From positions 1-64,000 of the forward strand of contig CAXXIN010000004.1 in NCBI GenBank assembly GCA_963665275.2: a DNA stretch of 64,000 bases, read 5' to 3'. Below, piece by piece: positions 39,286 to 48,230 of the stretch (its first letter is position 1; every line of letters begins with the position of its first letter). The notes under the pieces were generated by a model. That model worked only from the letters and a program-made list of their open reading frames with translations, made no database searches and was not told where the DNA came from. The translations under genes and the position numbers were made by a program. The DNA comes from Negativicutes bacterium. Its GTDB lineage: Bacteria > Bacillota > Negativicutes > UBA1444.

Positions 39286-39675
39286 TCAATGTCCTCCCTT
39301 CGCCACAAGTGCAGCGTAGGCTTCGCTGTCCATCAACCCTTCCGCGCCTGTTCCCTCCGCCATCTCAATGACTGCGATCCACCCCTTCCCAAAAGGATCC
39401 TGGTTGACCGTTTCCGGCGCATCATTGAGCGCCTCGTTGACTTCGACTACAGTCCCGCCAAGAGGCGCGAAAATATCCGACACCGCTTTCACCGATTCCA
39501 CGACAGAAAAACGCTTGCCTGCAGTGATCGTTGCGCCGACCGCAGGCAATTCGACGAATACGATATCCCCCAGCTGCGATTGCGCGAAATCTGTGATCCC
39601 TACCACAGCCCTGCGGCCACTGATCCGGACCCACTCATGCTCTTTGGAATACTTCAAATCTGTTGGAAATTGCAT
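39286..39675 (-). CDS. gcvH: Glycine cleavage system H protein
   Basis: EHEWV, GITDFAQSQLGDIVFVELP, VESVKAVSD lipoyl-Lys motif. Confidence 0.97.
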   Translation of the reverse strand: MQFPTDLKYSKEHEWVRISGRRAVVGITDFAQSQLGDIVFVELPAVGATITAGKRFSVVESVKAVSDIFAPLGGTVVEVNEALNDAPETVNQDPFGKGWIAVIEMAEGTGAEGLMDSEAYAALVAKGGH

Positions 39676-39678
39676 TTT

Positions 39679-40779
39679 TCATTTCCCCCTTTTATAAAAT
39701 GGCCTACTGATGGTTTTTGCCCTAACGGATTTTTCCCTGATTTCAATGTCAATCTCGGTTCCCACTGGTCCAACATCGGCTCTGACGAGCGCCATACCCA
39801 GGTTTTTTCCCAAGGTCGGAGCCATTGTGCCAGAAGTAACGTGTCCAATATTTTCACCATTTTTAAGCACTGGATAACCCGCCCGGGCTATTCCTCGGTC
39901 CGTCATCTCAAAACCGACCAGTTTTCGTTTCAGCCCCTGCTCTTTTTGCGCCAGCAAAACATCCCGTCCGTTAAACGCTCCCTTTTCAAAAGAAACAAAT
40001 CGCGTCAGGCCCGCTTCCAGCGGTGAAATTTCGGCTGTCAACTCGTGACCGTACAATGGCATCGATGCTTCAAAGCGTAACGTATCGCGACACCCAAGGC
40101 CTGTCGGTTGAAGTCCCTTCGTTTTCCCTGCTTCGAGCAGCACATCCCAGACCTTTTCGGCATCCACGGGACGACAATAGATTTCGAAGCCATCTTCACC
40201 AGTATAACCGGTTCGCGACACCAATACCGGCATATCGGCGAGCATCACCTGCGGTAAAAATTCATAGTAACCAAGCTCAGTCACACTACTGCCTGCCAGT
40301 CCTTCCAGTATCGCCGCAGCCGCCGGGCCCTGCAAAGCAACTTCTGCAGTCTGGTCGGACTCATCAGAAATGGCAACCGCCAATCCCGAACTATTTTCAA
40401 GAATCCACGCCAGGTCTTTATCTTTGTTCGATGCGTTAACAACCAACAGATATTCATTTTCCGAAAAACGATAGGACAACACGTCGTCAACCGTTCCTCC
40501 AGTTGGATAACAAATTGGTGAATATCGAACGTCACCGTCTTGCATCCCTGCCAGCGTATTCGTCAAAACCTTTTGCAGAAAATCAAAAGCATCCGGTCCC
40601 TTCACCCGAATTTCCCCCATATGGGACACATCGAACAGCCCGGCTTGTTCACGCACAGCGCGGTGTTCCTCCAAAATTCCGGCATATTGCACCGGTAGCC
40701 ACCAACCGGCAAAATCCACCACCCTGGCCCCCAAACTCACATGTTTCTCATACAACGGGGTTTTGCGTGGGTCATTCAT
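39679..40779 (-). CDS. gcvT: Glycine cleavage aminomethyltransferase T
   Basis: GLFDVSHMGE, VVNASN, SRTGYTGEDGFE, GLGCRDTLRFEA. Confidence 0.97.
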   Translation of the reverse strand: MNDPRKTPLYEKHVSLGARVVDFAGWWLPVQYAGILEEHRAVREQAGLFDVSHMGEIRVKGPDAFDFLQKVLTNTLAGMQDGDVRYSPICYPTGGTVDDVLSYRFSENEYLLVVNASNKDKDLAWILENSSGLAVAISDESDQTAEVALQGPAAAAILEGLAGSSVTELGYYEFLPQVMLADMPVLVSRTGYTGEDGFEIYCRPVDAEKVWDVLLEAGKTKGLQPTGLGCRDTLRFEASMPLYGHELTAEISPLEAGLTRFVSFEKGAFNGRDVLLAQKEQGLKRKLVGFEMTDRGIARAGYPVLKNGENIGHVTSGTMAPTLGKNLGMALVRADVGPVGTEIDIEIREKSVRAKTISRPFYKRGK

Positions 40780-40805
40780 CTCATGCGCCTCCCTTTCACA
40801 GCAAT

Positions 40806-40840
40806 AAAAAAAGACAGGAAAGAAGCCTTCTTTCCTGTCT
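40806..40840 (-). terminator. Riboswitch-controlled intrinsic terminator upstream of gcvT
   Basis: AGACAGGAAAGAAG/CTTCTTTCCTGTCT plus T7, overlapping the 3' strand of aptamer 2. Confidence 0.85.
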
Positions 40841-41019
40841 CTGTCTCATCTACCTGAGAGATTGGCCCGTAGGCTCCCCTTCGGTGACGCACGCCTTCGC
40901 TGGCTGCGTTCTCTCCAGAGTCTGGTCCGGCTGCGGTTCTTTTGCCTGAGAGTTTGCCAGGTCAGCCTGCCCCTTCGGCGCCGCTTCGAGAGCGACCTCT
41001 TCCACAACCATCATTCCCC
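40839..41019 (-). ncRNA. Tandem glycine riboswitch
   Basis: Two aptamers: GGAAGA..CGCCGAAGG..AACTCTCAGGCAAAAG (40929-41009) and CTCTGGAGAG..CACCGAAGG..ATCTCTCAGGTA..ACAGAG (40839-40920), upstream of gcvT. Confidence 0.95.
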
Positions 41020-41063
41020 GTTATTCAGTTCGATCCATTGCCATTTTTCTGCCTATGTTATTG

Positions 41064-41092
41064 TTATTCGGAGTCAGAACAGATATTCCTGC
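41064..41092 (-). promoter_or_regulatory. SigmaH-like promoter upstream of the glycine riboswitch
   Basis: GCAGGAATA-N11-TCCGAATAA. Confidence 0.6.
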
Positions 41093-41099
41093 TAATTGT

Positions 41100-42662
41100 T
41101 CAGGATTTTCGTGGAAACAGAATACCATACTTTTTCAGTTTCTTCAACGCCGCTGTGTGCGACAATCCGAGAGCAGCTCCCAATTTTCGGGAGGAACTAT
41201 GCTGTTGAACCGCTTGCAAAAGCGCCTCCCGCTCCGTTTCGGCCACAGCGTCCTCTAAACTAACCTGTACGCTGCGTCGAATCGAAACCGGAGCATTCGC
41301 TGCAGAACCCTGGACCAATACGTGATGCGCGAGGATCATCGGCCCCTCCATAAGGTTTACCGCACGTTCCAGAATGTTTTCAAGTTCACGGATATTTCCT
41401 GGCCAAGAATAACGGATCAATTTGGCCATTGCGTCTTCTCCCAAAGCAGGTACCGGTTTTTTCATCCTGGCTGCAAAGCGCTGCAAAAACAGCTCCGCCA
41501 AAAGCGGAATATCATCAGGTCGTTCCCGCAGCGGCGGCAAAAATAGCGGAATAACATTCAACCGGTAGTACAGGTCGTCGCGAAACATCCCCTGTGCCAT
41601 GAGCTCTTCCAAGTTCCGGTGAGTCGCCGCCATTACACGCACGTCAACTTCGATCTCCTTGGTTCCTCCCACTCGTCGCAGTTTGCCGTCCTGCAGCACA
41701 CGCAGTAATTTCGCCTGCAACGGGGGCGACAACTCCGCTACCTCATCGAGAAGGATTGTCCCGCCTGTGGCATACTCGAACAGTCCTTTTTTCCCGCCCC
41801 TGGCCGCACCGGAGAACGCACCTTCTTCGTAACCGAACAATTCGCTCTCGAGCAGATGGTCGGGTATCGCCGCGCAGTTGATCGGCACAAACATTCGCGT
41901 GGCCCGCGGCGAAGCTTCGTGGATCGCCCTGGCGAACATTTCCTTCCCCGTGCCTGTTTCACCTCGCAGCAGCACGGTAGATTCGCCTCTTGCAATCGTT
42001 TTGGCCATGGCGATTGCCCGCTTCATAACTGTACTTTCGTGCCGTATTCGTTCGAACGCCGCCGGCATTTGTCCCGTCACCGACTGCACCAATTCCCTCA
42101 CCTCGCTGATATCTTTCAATACAGCCACGGCGCCGATGATTCGACCCGCAGGATCGAAAATAGGCCGCCCGCTCGTCAGATAGTGGCTCTTGGTTTGTTC
42201 GTGTGCAGTTTCCTGATTATTGTAGGAAATACCGCTGCGAAGCGTTTCCAGCAAAGGCATTTCCTCGGGCAGGCACTCCGTCAACAAATGCCCCAGGACC
42301 CTATCCCTGGACAAGTGCAGAATCTGCTCCGCCGCCGGATTATACTGTGTCACCAGGCCTGATGAGTCGATAGCCACGATTCCATCACTGACTGCCATCA
42401 TGACTGCCTTCAGTTGCTCAGCGCGAACTTGATGCGGCATCAAATCGACCGTCACAACTTCAATAATTTGTGGAATGGAAAGCAGAGCCTCCTCCACCTC
42501 ACGCCGGACCTTTTCAGGCATTGCTTCCAGCTCCAGATAGGTGATGTTAGGCTCTACTTCCATTGAAATGATATTTATCCGCCGGGTCACCAGCGTGTGC
42601 GAAATGTCCAGCACCAGCCCGACCCGGTCAATATTTGGCAGTTTCAGCCGGATTGTTTCCAT
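41100..42662 (-). CDS. TyrR/PhhR/GcsR-like sigma54 enhancer-binding protein (ACT-PAS-AAA+-HTH)
   Basis: N-terminal DRVGLVLDI ACT domain, PAS, GETGTGKE, ESELFGYEEGAFSGA, LLDEV, WPGNIREL, TyrR-type C-terminus SSRKLGAALGLSHTAALKKLKKYG. Confidence 0.9.
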   Translation of the reverse strand: METIRLKLPNIDRVGLVLDISHTLVTRRINIISMEVEPNITYLELEAMPEKVRREVEEALLSIPQIIEVVTVDLMPHQVRAEQLKAVMMAVSDGIVAIDSSGLVTQYNPAAEQILHLSRDRVLGHLLTECLPEEMPLLETLRSGISYNNQETAHEQTKSHYLTSGRPIFDPAGRIIGAVAVLKDISEVRELVQSVTGQMPAAFERIRHESTVMKRAIAMAKTIARGESTVLLRGETGTGKEMFARAIHEASPRATRMFVPINCAAIPDHLLESELFGYEEGAFSGAARGGKKGLFEYATGGTILLDEVAELSPPLQAKLLRVLQDGKLRRVGGTKEIEVDVRVMAATHRNLEELMAQGMFRDDLYYRLNVIPLFLPPLRERPDDIPLLAELFLQRFAARMKKPVPALGEDAMAKLIRYSWPGNIRELENILERAVNLMEGPMILAHHVLVQGSAANAPVSIRRSVQVSLEDAVAETEREALLQAVQQHSSSRKLGAALGLSHTAALKKLKKYGILFPRKS

Positions 42663-42705
42663 GCAAAGCGCCTCCTGTAACAAGTGGCGCATCGGCATCC
42701 TTTTT

Positions 42706-43821
42706 TTACAGCAGCGCTTCCAGCGGGCTATAAGGAAGGTTGAGCGCTTCGGCCACTGCTTTATAAGTCAAATGTCCATCAGTCACATTAATTCCTTTGG
42801 CAAACCCTGCATTTTCCTTCGCCATTGTCTTCCATCCCCGACCCGCAATCTGTAATGCATATTGGATCGTCACGTTGGTCAACGCCAACGTCGAAGTCCG
42901 CGCCACCGCCCCCGGCATATTGGCTACAGCATAATGGATCACGCCATGTTTGGCGAAGGTCGGATTGCTGTGGGTCGTGATATGGTCAGACGTTTCGATG
43001 CAACCGCCCTGATCGATCGCAACATCCACAATGACCGATCCCGGATCCATTTCACGAACCATGTTTTCAGTCACCAATTTGGGAGCTTTGGCTCCATGGA
43101 TGAGAACCGCGCCAATCACCAAATCCGCCTCGCGCACACAGGCTGCAATATTGTAACGGTTCGAGCTGACTGTGGCTACCTGCCCCATGAAGAGATCATC
43201 CAGTTGACGCAGTCGTTCCGCCGAGCTGTCGACAATCGTCACTCGCGCACCCATGCCATGAGCAACCCGGGCTGCATTCGTCCCCACAATGCCGCCACCA
43301 ATAATAACAACGCGCGCCGCAGCTACACCAGGAACCCCTCCCAGCAAAACCCCTTTGCCGCCTTCATGTTTTTCCAGGAAATGCGCACCAACCTGGGTTG
43401 CCATCCGTCCGGCGATTTCACTCATCGGAATGAGCAAAGGCAAGCTACGGTTTGCAGTTTCGATCGTTTCATAAGCGATGCCAGTAACTTTCGCCTTCAG
43501 CAAGGCGTCTGTCAGCTCAGGCTCCGGCGCTAGATGCAGATAAGTGAATAAAATCTGTCCGGCATGGAACAAATCATATTCCGGAGGTAATGGCTCCTTG
43601 ACCTTCATGATCATATCCGACATGTCAAAAAGTTTTCGCTTGTCGTTGATAATTTCAGCGCCAAATCCGACGTAGGCCGCATCGGCAAAACCGCTTCCCA
43701 CCCCTGCACCTGCTTCAACCAGTACCTTGTGTCCTGCGTCGCAGAGTGCTTCCGCGCCTGCCGGGGTCAATGCCACCCGATTCTCATTGTTTTTGATCTC
43801 TTTCGCCACGCCAATAATCAT
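42706..43821 (-). CDS. ald: Alanine dehydrogenase
   Basis: [62 protein letters not shown]. Confidence 0.97.
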   Translation of the reverse strand: MIIGVAKEIKNNENRVALTPAGAEALCDAGHKVLVEAGAGVGSGFADAAYVGFGAEIINDKRKLFDMSDMIMKVKEPLPPEYDLFHAGQILFTYLHLAPEPELTDALLKAKVTGIAYETIETANRSLPLLIPMSEIAGRMATQVGAHFLEKHEGGKGVLLGGVPGVAAARVVIIGGGIVGTNAARVAHGMGARVTIVDSSAERLRQLDDLFMGQVATVSSNRYNIAACVREADLVIGAVLIHGAKAPKLVTENMVREMDPGSVIVDVAIDQGGCIETSDHITTHSNPTFAKHGVIHYAVANMPGAVARTSTLALTNVTIQYALQIAGRGWKTMAKENAGFAKGINVTDGHLTYKAVAEALNLPYSPLEALL

Positions 43822-43878
43822 GTTTACTGCCTCCGCTCAATTTATTTGCAAGGAGTTTATCCTTCTCAATAAAGCAAA

Positions 43879-43894
43879 TGCAAAAACCATGCCA
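43879..43894 (-). promoter_or_regulatory. Sigma54 (-24/-12) promoter of ald
   Basis: TGGCATGGTTTTTGCA matches TGGCAC-N5-TTGCW with one mismatch. Confidence 0.85.
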
Positions 43895-44046
43895 ACTTGT
43901 TGAATACAGATCACACATTATGAGAAATATAGATGCAAGGCCAACTATTCAATAGATTCGTGAGTGTCCATCAGCACTCACCCGATTCTCATCAACGCGG
44001 TTATTCGCAGAAGTCAGTCATTACATCTCGCTGCAGATTCAGTAAT

Positions 44047-44107
44047 CGGAAACTTATATTTCCACAAACGCAACAAAATATTTCCACTTTGTATTTAAAA
44101 GTTTCCA
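44047..44107. promoter_or_regulatory. Three phased TyrR-box-like upstream activator sites
   Basis: 18-mers at 44047, 44069 and 44090 (spacing 22 and 21 bp), each with minus-strand TGGAAA-N6; the best is TGGAAA-TATAAG-TTTCCG. Confidence 0.6.
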
Positions 44108-44164
44108 CAATGCGAATAAAAAATCCTTCTTCAGTTGCCATCATGAAGAAGGATTGGAAAACCA

Positions 44165-45382
44165 TCAACCCAACAGCACGAATAATCCTTGCGCCCAAGT
44201 TATCGACTGGCGATAAAGTTCCGCAACATCTTTGTCGGCAATTCCCAAGATTTTTGCATTCGCAGCAAATTCGTCCCACTCAGCTTTTTCATAGTGTCGG
44301 GCCATTGCATGCAACGTCCCCAGATCGTTGTCTCCCCTCAGCAATGCGGCAACGATATCCGCTTCCAAAGGCAATTCCCGGAGAATGTCATCCATGGGAC
44401 GGTCCAGCATCGCATCAACCAACGAAAATAAACCTACCAAAAAAGCCTGATCGCTACGTTTCGACCATCCGAGTTGAAAGGCGAGCAGCTCGCCAAACCG
44501 GGCACGAATCAAGGATAAGGTCACCAATTCGTCCGGTTTGTCCTGCGCAATGTTCTGCAGTGCCAACAGTGAAACCCATTTTAATATTTCTTTGCGTCCC
44601 AGCAGTACCAGAGCCTGACGCACCGACGAAATCTTATTGCGCAAACCAAAAAACGTGGAGTTGATGAATTTCAACATTTTAAAAGACAACGCAACATCGC
44701 GCCGGAAAATTTGTTCAAGTTTGTCGATGTCGATTTCCGACCGACTAGCTTCTCGCAGCATATTAAGGTAGTTGACTGTATACCCAGGGATATCCCGACC
44801 CGAAAAGACTTCCGGCCGACCGAAGAAATAGCCTTGAAAATACTCATAACCGTATTCTTTGGCTTGCTTAAAGTCAAAGTAACTTTCAACCTTCTGTGCC
44901 AATAGGGCAACGCCCATTGGTTTAATCCGGCGCGCAATCCGCAGTCGCTCCGACTCCGAAGTTTTCACGAAATCGACTTTAACCATATCGGCCACTTTGA
45001 CAAGTTCTTCCGAACTTTGATAAAAAGCGAAGTCGTCAAGAACTATCATATAGCCTTGTTCTTTGAGTTGCCGGCAGACTGTCAATATTTCCGGATCGAT
45101 TTCGAGCGGTTCCGCCAGCTCAATTGCCAACGATTGGCTCGGCAATATCGTTATGATCTGATGCTTCAGTAATCGTGGACTGAAGTTGATGAAGGCTCTT
45201 TTACCGCCGCTCAAATCATCTACGATTTTTAGAAAGAAGCTGCTGTTAATGACATCCGCAGTTGCCTGATCGGCATCAGAGCCCGGGAAAAAATCATCCG
45301 TCCCATTGCGGAACAACAACTCATAACCGAAAACTTTTTTTTCGACATTGAAAATTGGCTGCCTCGCTACATGAACTTCCAC
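44165..45382 (-). CDS. EAL-HDOD c-di-GMP phosphodiesterase (YuxH/PdeH-like)
   Basis: VARQPIF..GYELLFR, AFINF, LDDF, KVD, FQGYFF; HDOD with LKFINS and FLVGLFSLVDAML; GTG start at 45382. Confidence 0.9.
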   Translation of the reverse strand: MEVHVARQPIFNVEKKVFGYELLFRNGTDDFFPGSDADQATADVINSSFFLKIVDDLSGGKRAFINFSPRLLKHQIITILPSQSLAIELAEPLEIDPEILTVCRQLKEQGYMIVLDDFAFYQSSEELVKVADMVKVDFVKTSESERLRIARRIKPMGVALLAQKVESYFDFKQAKEYGYEYFQGYFFGRPEVFSGRDIPGYTVNYLNMLREASRSEIDIDKLEQIFRRDVALSFKMLKFINSTFFGLRNKISSVRQALVLLGRKEILKWVSLLALQNIAQDKPDELVTLSLIRARFGELLAFQLGWSKRSDQAFLVGLFSLVDAMLDRPMDDILRELPLEADIVAALLRGDNDLGTLHAMARHYEKAEWDEFAANAKILGIADKDVAELYRQSITWAQGLFVLLG

Positions 45383-45593
45383 TGACAAACCCCTCCCATG
45401 CATCCGCCCGCATTCCCGGAGCGGTGTATCGTCGGACACAGGCACTTGTTCTCAATTGTTTGCTTCGCGCATCAAGCAACCTTTTCCTTCCTGTATGTTA
45501 AATATGTCAAAAATCCCTTCAGCTTGTCTTCAAACAGCTTCAGGTTAAACAAGCCACACCTCAGACACCTTCACTTCATCGCAACCCTGTACT

Positions 45594-46070
45594 CTAATTG
45601 CGGGTTGACGGATCCGGTGGTCTCTCAATGCGGGCAACTGCCTCTGCCGGAGTCGCCCCAGCATATAACACATCCGCAAAAGAGGGGAAATAGCGGTCAG
45701 TCGTCGAAATATTGACTGCTATCAAAGTTTCCACCATACGCGAGCTCAGCTCGCCACCCTCGACATCAATACTAGTTTTATAGCGGATTTCGCCATCGTT
45801 CATATCAATTTCAAAATTTCCAACATTTAATCCATAATTAATCCTTGCCAGCAGTTCAGTTACCTGCAGCAATTGCGATTCTGGCGTGCGAACCGGAATC
45901 ATGGTGTAAAACACAAAGATTTCATGTTCTTCGTTAACACGGCCAAAACATTCATAACGCGCATTTTTTCCTGTAAAGCTGAACCGAATGGCGGACTCTC
46001 CAGGAATGGCTTCATAACGCCAATTGTCCTCCTGCAAAAAAGCGACTACAGAATCAAATACCCGTCCCAC
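45594..46070 (-). CDS. YbjN domain protein
   Basis: ELLARINYGLNVGNFEIDMNDGEIRYKTSID. Confidence 0.85.
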   Translation of the reverse strand: MGRVFDSVVAFLQEDNWRYEAIPGESAIRFSFTGKNARYECFGRVNEEHEIFVFYTMIPVRTPESQLLQVTELLARINYGLNVGNFEIDMNDGEIRYKTSIDVEGGELSSRMVETLIAVNISTTDRYFPSFADVLYAGATPAEAVARIERPPDPSTRN

Positions 46071-46222
46071 GGCAACTCCTCCTCCATCGCGATTTCACAG
46101 CAATACCATGTATTATTTTAGCATTATGACACTCTGCCTGCAAACGCAGGTTGCTTCAATAATTAATTTTAACGGATTAATCGCTCCCCAAACAAGTCGC
46201 AGGATAATAAAGATATGGTAAA

Positions 46223-47374
46223 ATGGAAAAACATATTGGAAAGGGTGCGATCCATTTACTGATGAACAAGAGAATCCTTTTTATAATCTCCGATACCGGC
46301 GGCGGTCATCGAAGTGCAGCCAACGCCATCGTCGCGGCTTTATCGGCAGCCGGCGCCGACGTTACTTGCGAAATGGTCGATTTATTACGGGCGAGCGGAC
46401 TGCCAGGAATCCGCAATGCACCGGAATTATATGCGTTTTTTTCAGCCGGTCATATCTGGCTCCACAATTTTTTGTTCCGTCTCTTCAACAGTCCCAGGAT
46501 CATGGATATGGCATCCAGTCTTTCCTATCGGTTTGCAAGAAACCGAATTCGCCAAATAGTTAATGCTTTTAATCCGGACCTTGTTGTCGTAATCCATCCT
46601 CTGGCGGTCAGACCCATGTGTACGTTCCGCGATGAAACCGGCGCATCTTGGCCGGTCATCACGGTAGTTACCGACTTGATCAGTGTGCACGCCTCCTGGT
46701 TGTCACCTCGCGCCGACCTTTATTTGCTGCCGACGCCTGAATCAGTTACGCTTGCCAAAAAACACGGCGTTCCCGCCGCAAAGGCTAAGTTGTCCGGGTT
46801 TCCCGTGCATCCCCGCTTCTTCTTGCCGTTGCCGGATCGTGAAACGACACGCGCCGAACTGGGCATTCCCGTCGATCGTTTCACCGTGCTCCTCACTAGC
46901 GGCGGCGCCGGTGGTGGGCAAGTTGCAGCACTGGTCCATGAGCTGGAAAGAAAATGTCCCGATTGCACCTTATTAGTGGTCACCGGACGCAATTCAACCC
47001 TCCACCGCATACTTTGCGACCGAATTTCCGCTCCTCACCATACTTACGTTTATGGATTTGTTGACCATATGGAGCAGCTGATGACCGCTTGTGACGTTGT
47101 GGTCACCAAGGCAGGACCAGGCACTATCATGGAAGCTGCCACCCTGCGGCGACCCCTCGTTATCACCGGCGCCGTCGGTCTCCAGGAAGAGGGGAACATC
47201 CAATTTGTGCTTGAATCTGGGATTGGCAGCCTTTGCAGGACGCCAAGGTCGGTTGCACAAAAAGTCATCAGCCTGATAGAAAAAACTCCTCCACTAAGGT
47301 TGTCCGGCAATTATCCTGATGCGGGCACCCGGAATATTGCTGAAATACTTCGATCTATGACAAATCCTAACTGA
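46223..47374 (+). CDS. MGDG synthase/UgtP-like diacylglycerol glycosyltransferase (GT28)
   Basis: DTGGGHRSAA, TVVTD..VHASW, GFPVHPRF, TKAGPGTIMEA, QEEGN. Confidence 0.9.
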   Translation: MEKHIGKGAIHLLMNKRILFIISDTGGGHRSAANAIVAALSAAGADVTCEMVDLLRASGLPGIRNAPELYAFFSAGHIWLHNFLFRLFNSPRIMDMASSLSYRFARNRIRQIVNAFNPDLVVVIHPLAVRPMCTFRDETGASWPVITVVTDLISVHASWLSPRADLYLLPTPESVTLAKKHGVPAAKAKLSGFPVHPRFFLPLPDRETTRAELGIPVDRFTVLLTSGGAGGGQVAALVHELERKCPDCTLLVVTGRNSTLHRILCDRISAPHHTYVYGFVDHMEQLMTACDVVVTKAGPGTIMEAATLRRPLVITGAVGLQEEGNIQFVLESGIGSLCRTPRSVAQKVISLIEKTPPLRLSGNYPDAGTRNIAEILRSMTNPN

Positions 47375-47948
47375 GCCGTGCTTGGGGCACCCAGCCTTTT
47401 CCAAGCATGTGAACCATGACACGAGCGGCGTTGACCGCATCATCCATTGCCAAGTGAGACATGCCGTAACGCTCCACCCCGGTTTCATCAACAGCTTGTT
47501 GCAGTCCAATAGAACGATCACGGCCATAAAACAGTTTGTATTCAAGCGCTAGATCCAGGTAGTCCGCCCAATCGAACGGACAAGGAATTTTGTAACGCCG
47601 GCAGGCATAATCAATCACTTTCTGGTCGGAATCACCCCAGCATGCTATCCACGTGGAACCAGGAACATAAGCCTTCGCCATCTGCGAAAGCAGTTCAGCG
47701 AACCCAATTCCGCCGTCAACGTCTTTTTGGTATATCATGGTTATATTGGTGCATTCCTGCTTGATTCGCGGGAAATGCAGCGGCAAAACAAAGGTCTGGA
47801 TAACGGGAGTTTCGATATAGTCCGGCGGCAATAGTCTAACAGCCCCCGCCTCAATAACTTCAGGGAAAAAAGCCCGAGGTCTTCCCGGTCCTGCGTCATG
47901 AACCGTAAATTCAAAATCGGCCACCAGCAATGTACGGTTAAAATTCAA
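47367..47948 (-). CDS. DEDDh 3'-5' exonuclease (KapD/ERI-1-like)
   Basis: DFEFT, EVIEAGAV, WGDSD, HLAMDDAVN. Confidence 0.85.
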   Translation of the reverse strand: MNFNRTLLVADFEFTVHDAGPGRPRAFFPEVIEAGAVRLLPPDYIETPVIQTFVLPLHFPRIKQECTNITMIYQKDVDGGIGFAELLSQMAKAYVPGSTWIACWGDSDQKVIDYACRRYKIPCPFDWADYLDLALEYKLFYGRDRSIGLQQAVDETGVERYGMSHLAMDDAVNAARVMVHMLGKGWVPQARLS

Positions 47949-48019
47949 AATCGAACCACCCCTTCAAATTTTTCGCTCGCTATTGTTAGGTTGATGAATC
48001 AGCGCTTTGTTCTTACAGT

Positions 48020-48049
48020 TCATTCTTTCCCGCTGCTCTGTATTCCTGC
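48020..48049 (-). promoter_or_regulatory. SigmaH-like promoter for the KapD-like exonuclease
   Basis: GCAGGAATA-N12-AAAGAATGA. Confidence 0.6.
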
Positions 48050-48088
48050 AAACCGCTCACAACAGTCTTCGGATATACCGATTCAAAC

Positions 48089-48139
48089 AAATAAAAGAAC
48101 GCTTCCCTTTCTAAAAGATAAGGGAGCGTTCTTTTATTT
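48089..48139 (-). terminator. Terminator after the beta-helix gene
   Basis: AAATAAAAGAACGCT..CCCTT/AAGGG..AGCGTTCTTTTATTT inverted repeat. Confidence 0.75.
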
Positions 48140-48230
48140 CGAGTGTTTATTGCACTAATTGGGGCATCCAGGAAGTGCAATAAGACTCTCCATTGAGGGT
48201 GAGTTTAGTCTTCCGGTAGTGTAAAAAGGC

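Noticed and set aside
35449-44664. Long plus-strand ORFs (35449-36174, 39289-40026, 42862-43533, 43933-44664)
   Set aside because: They are antisense shadows of well-supported minus-strand genes and have no protein motifs.
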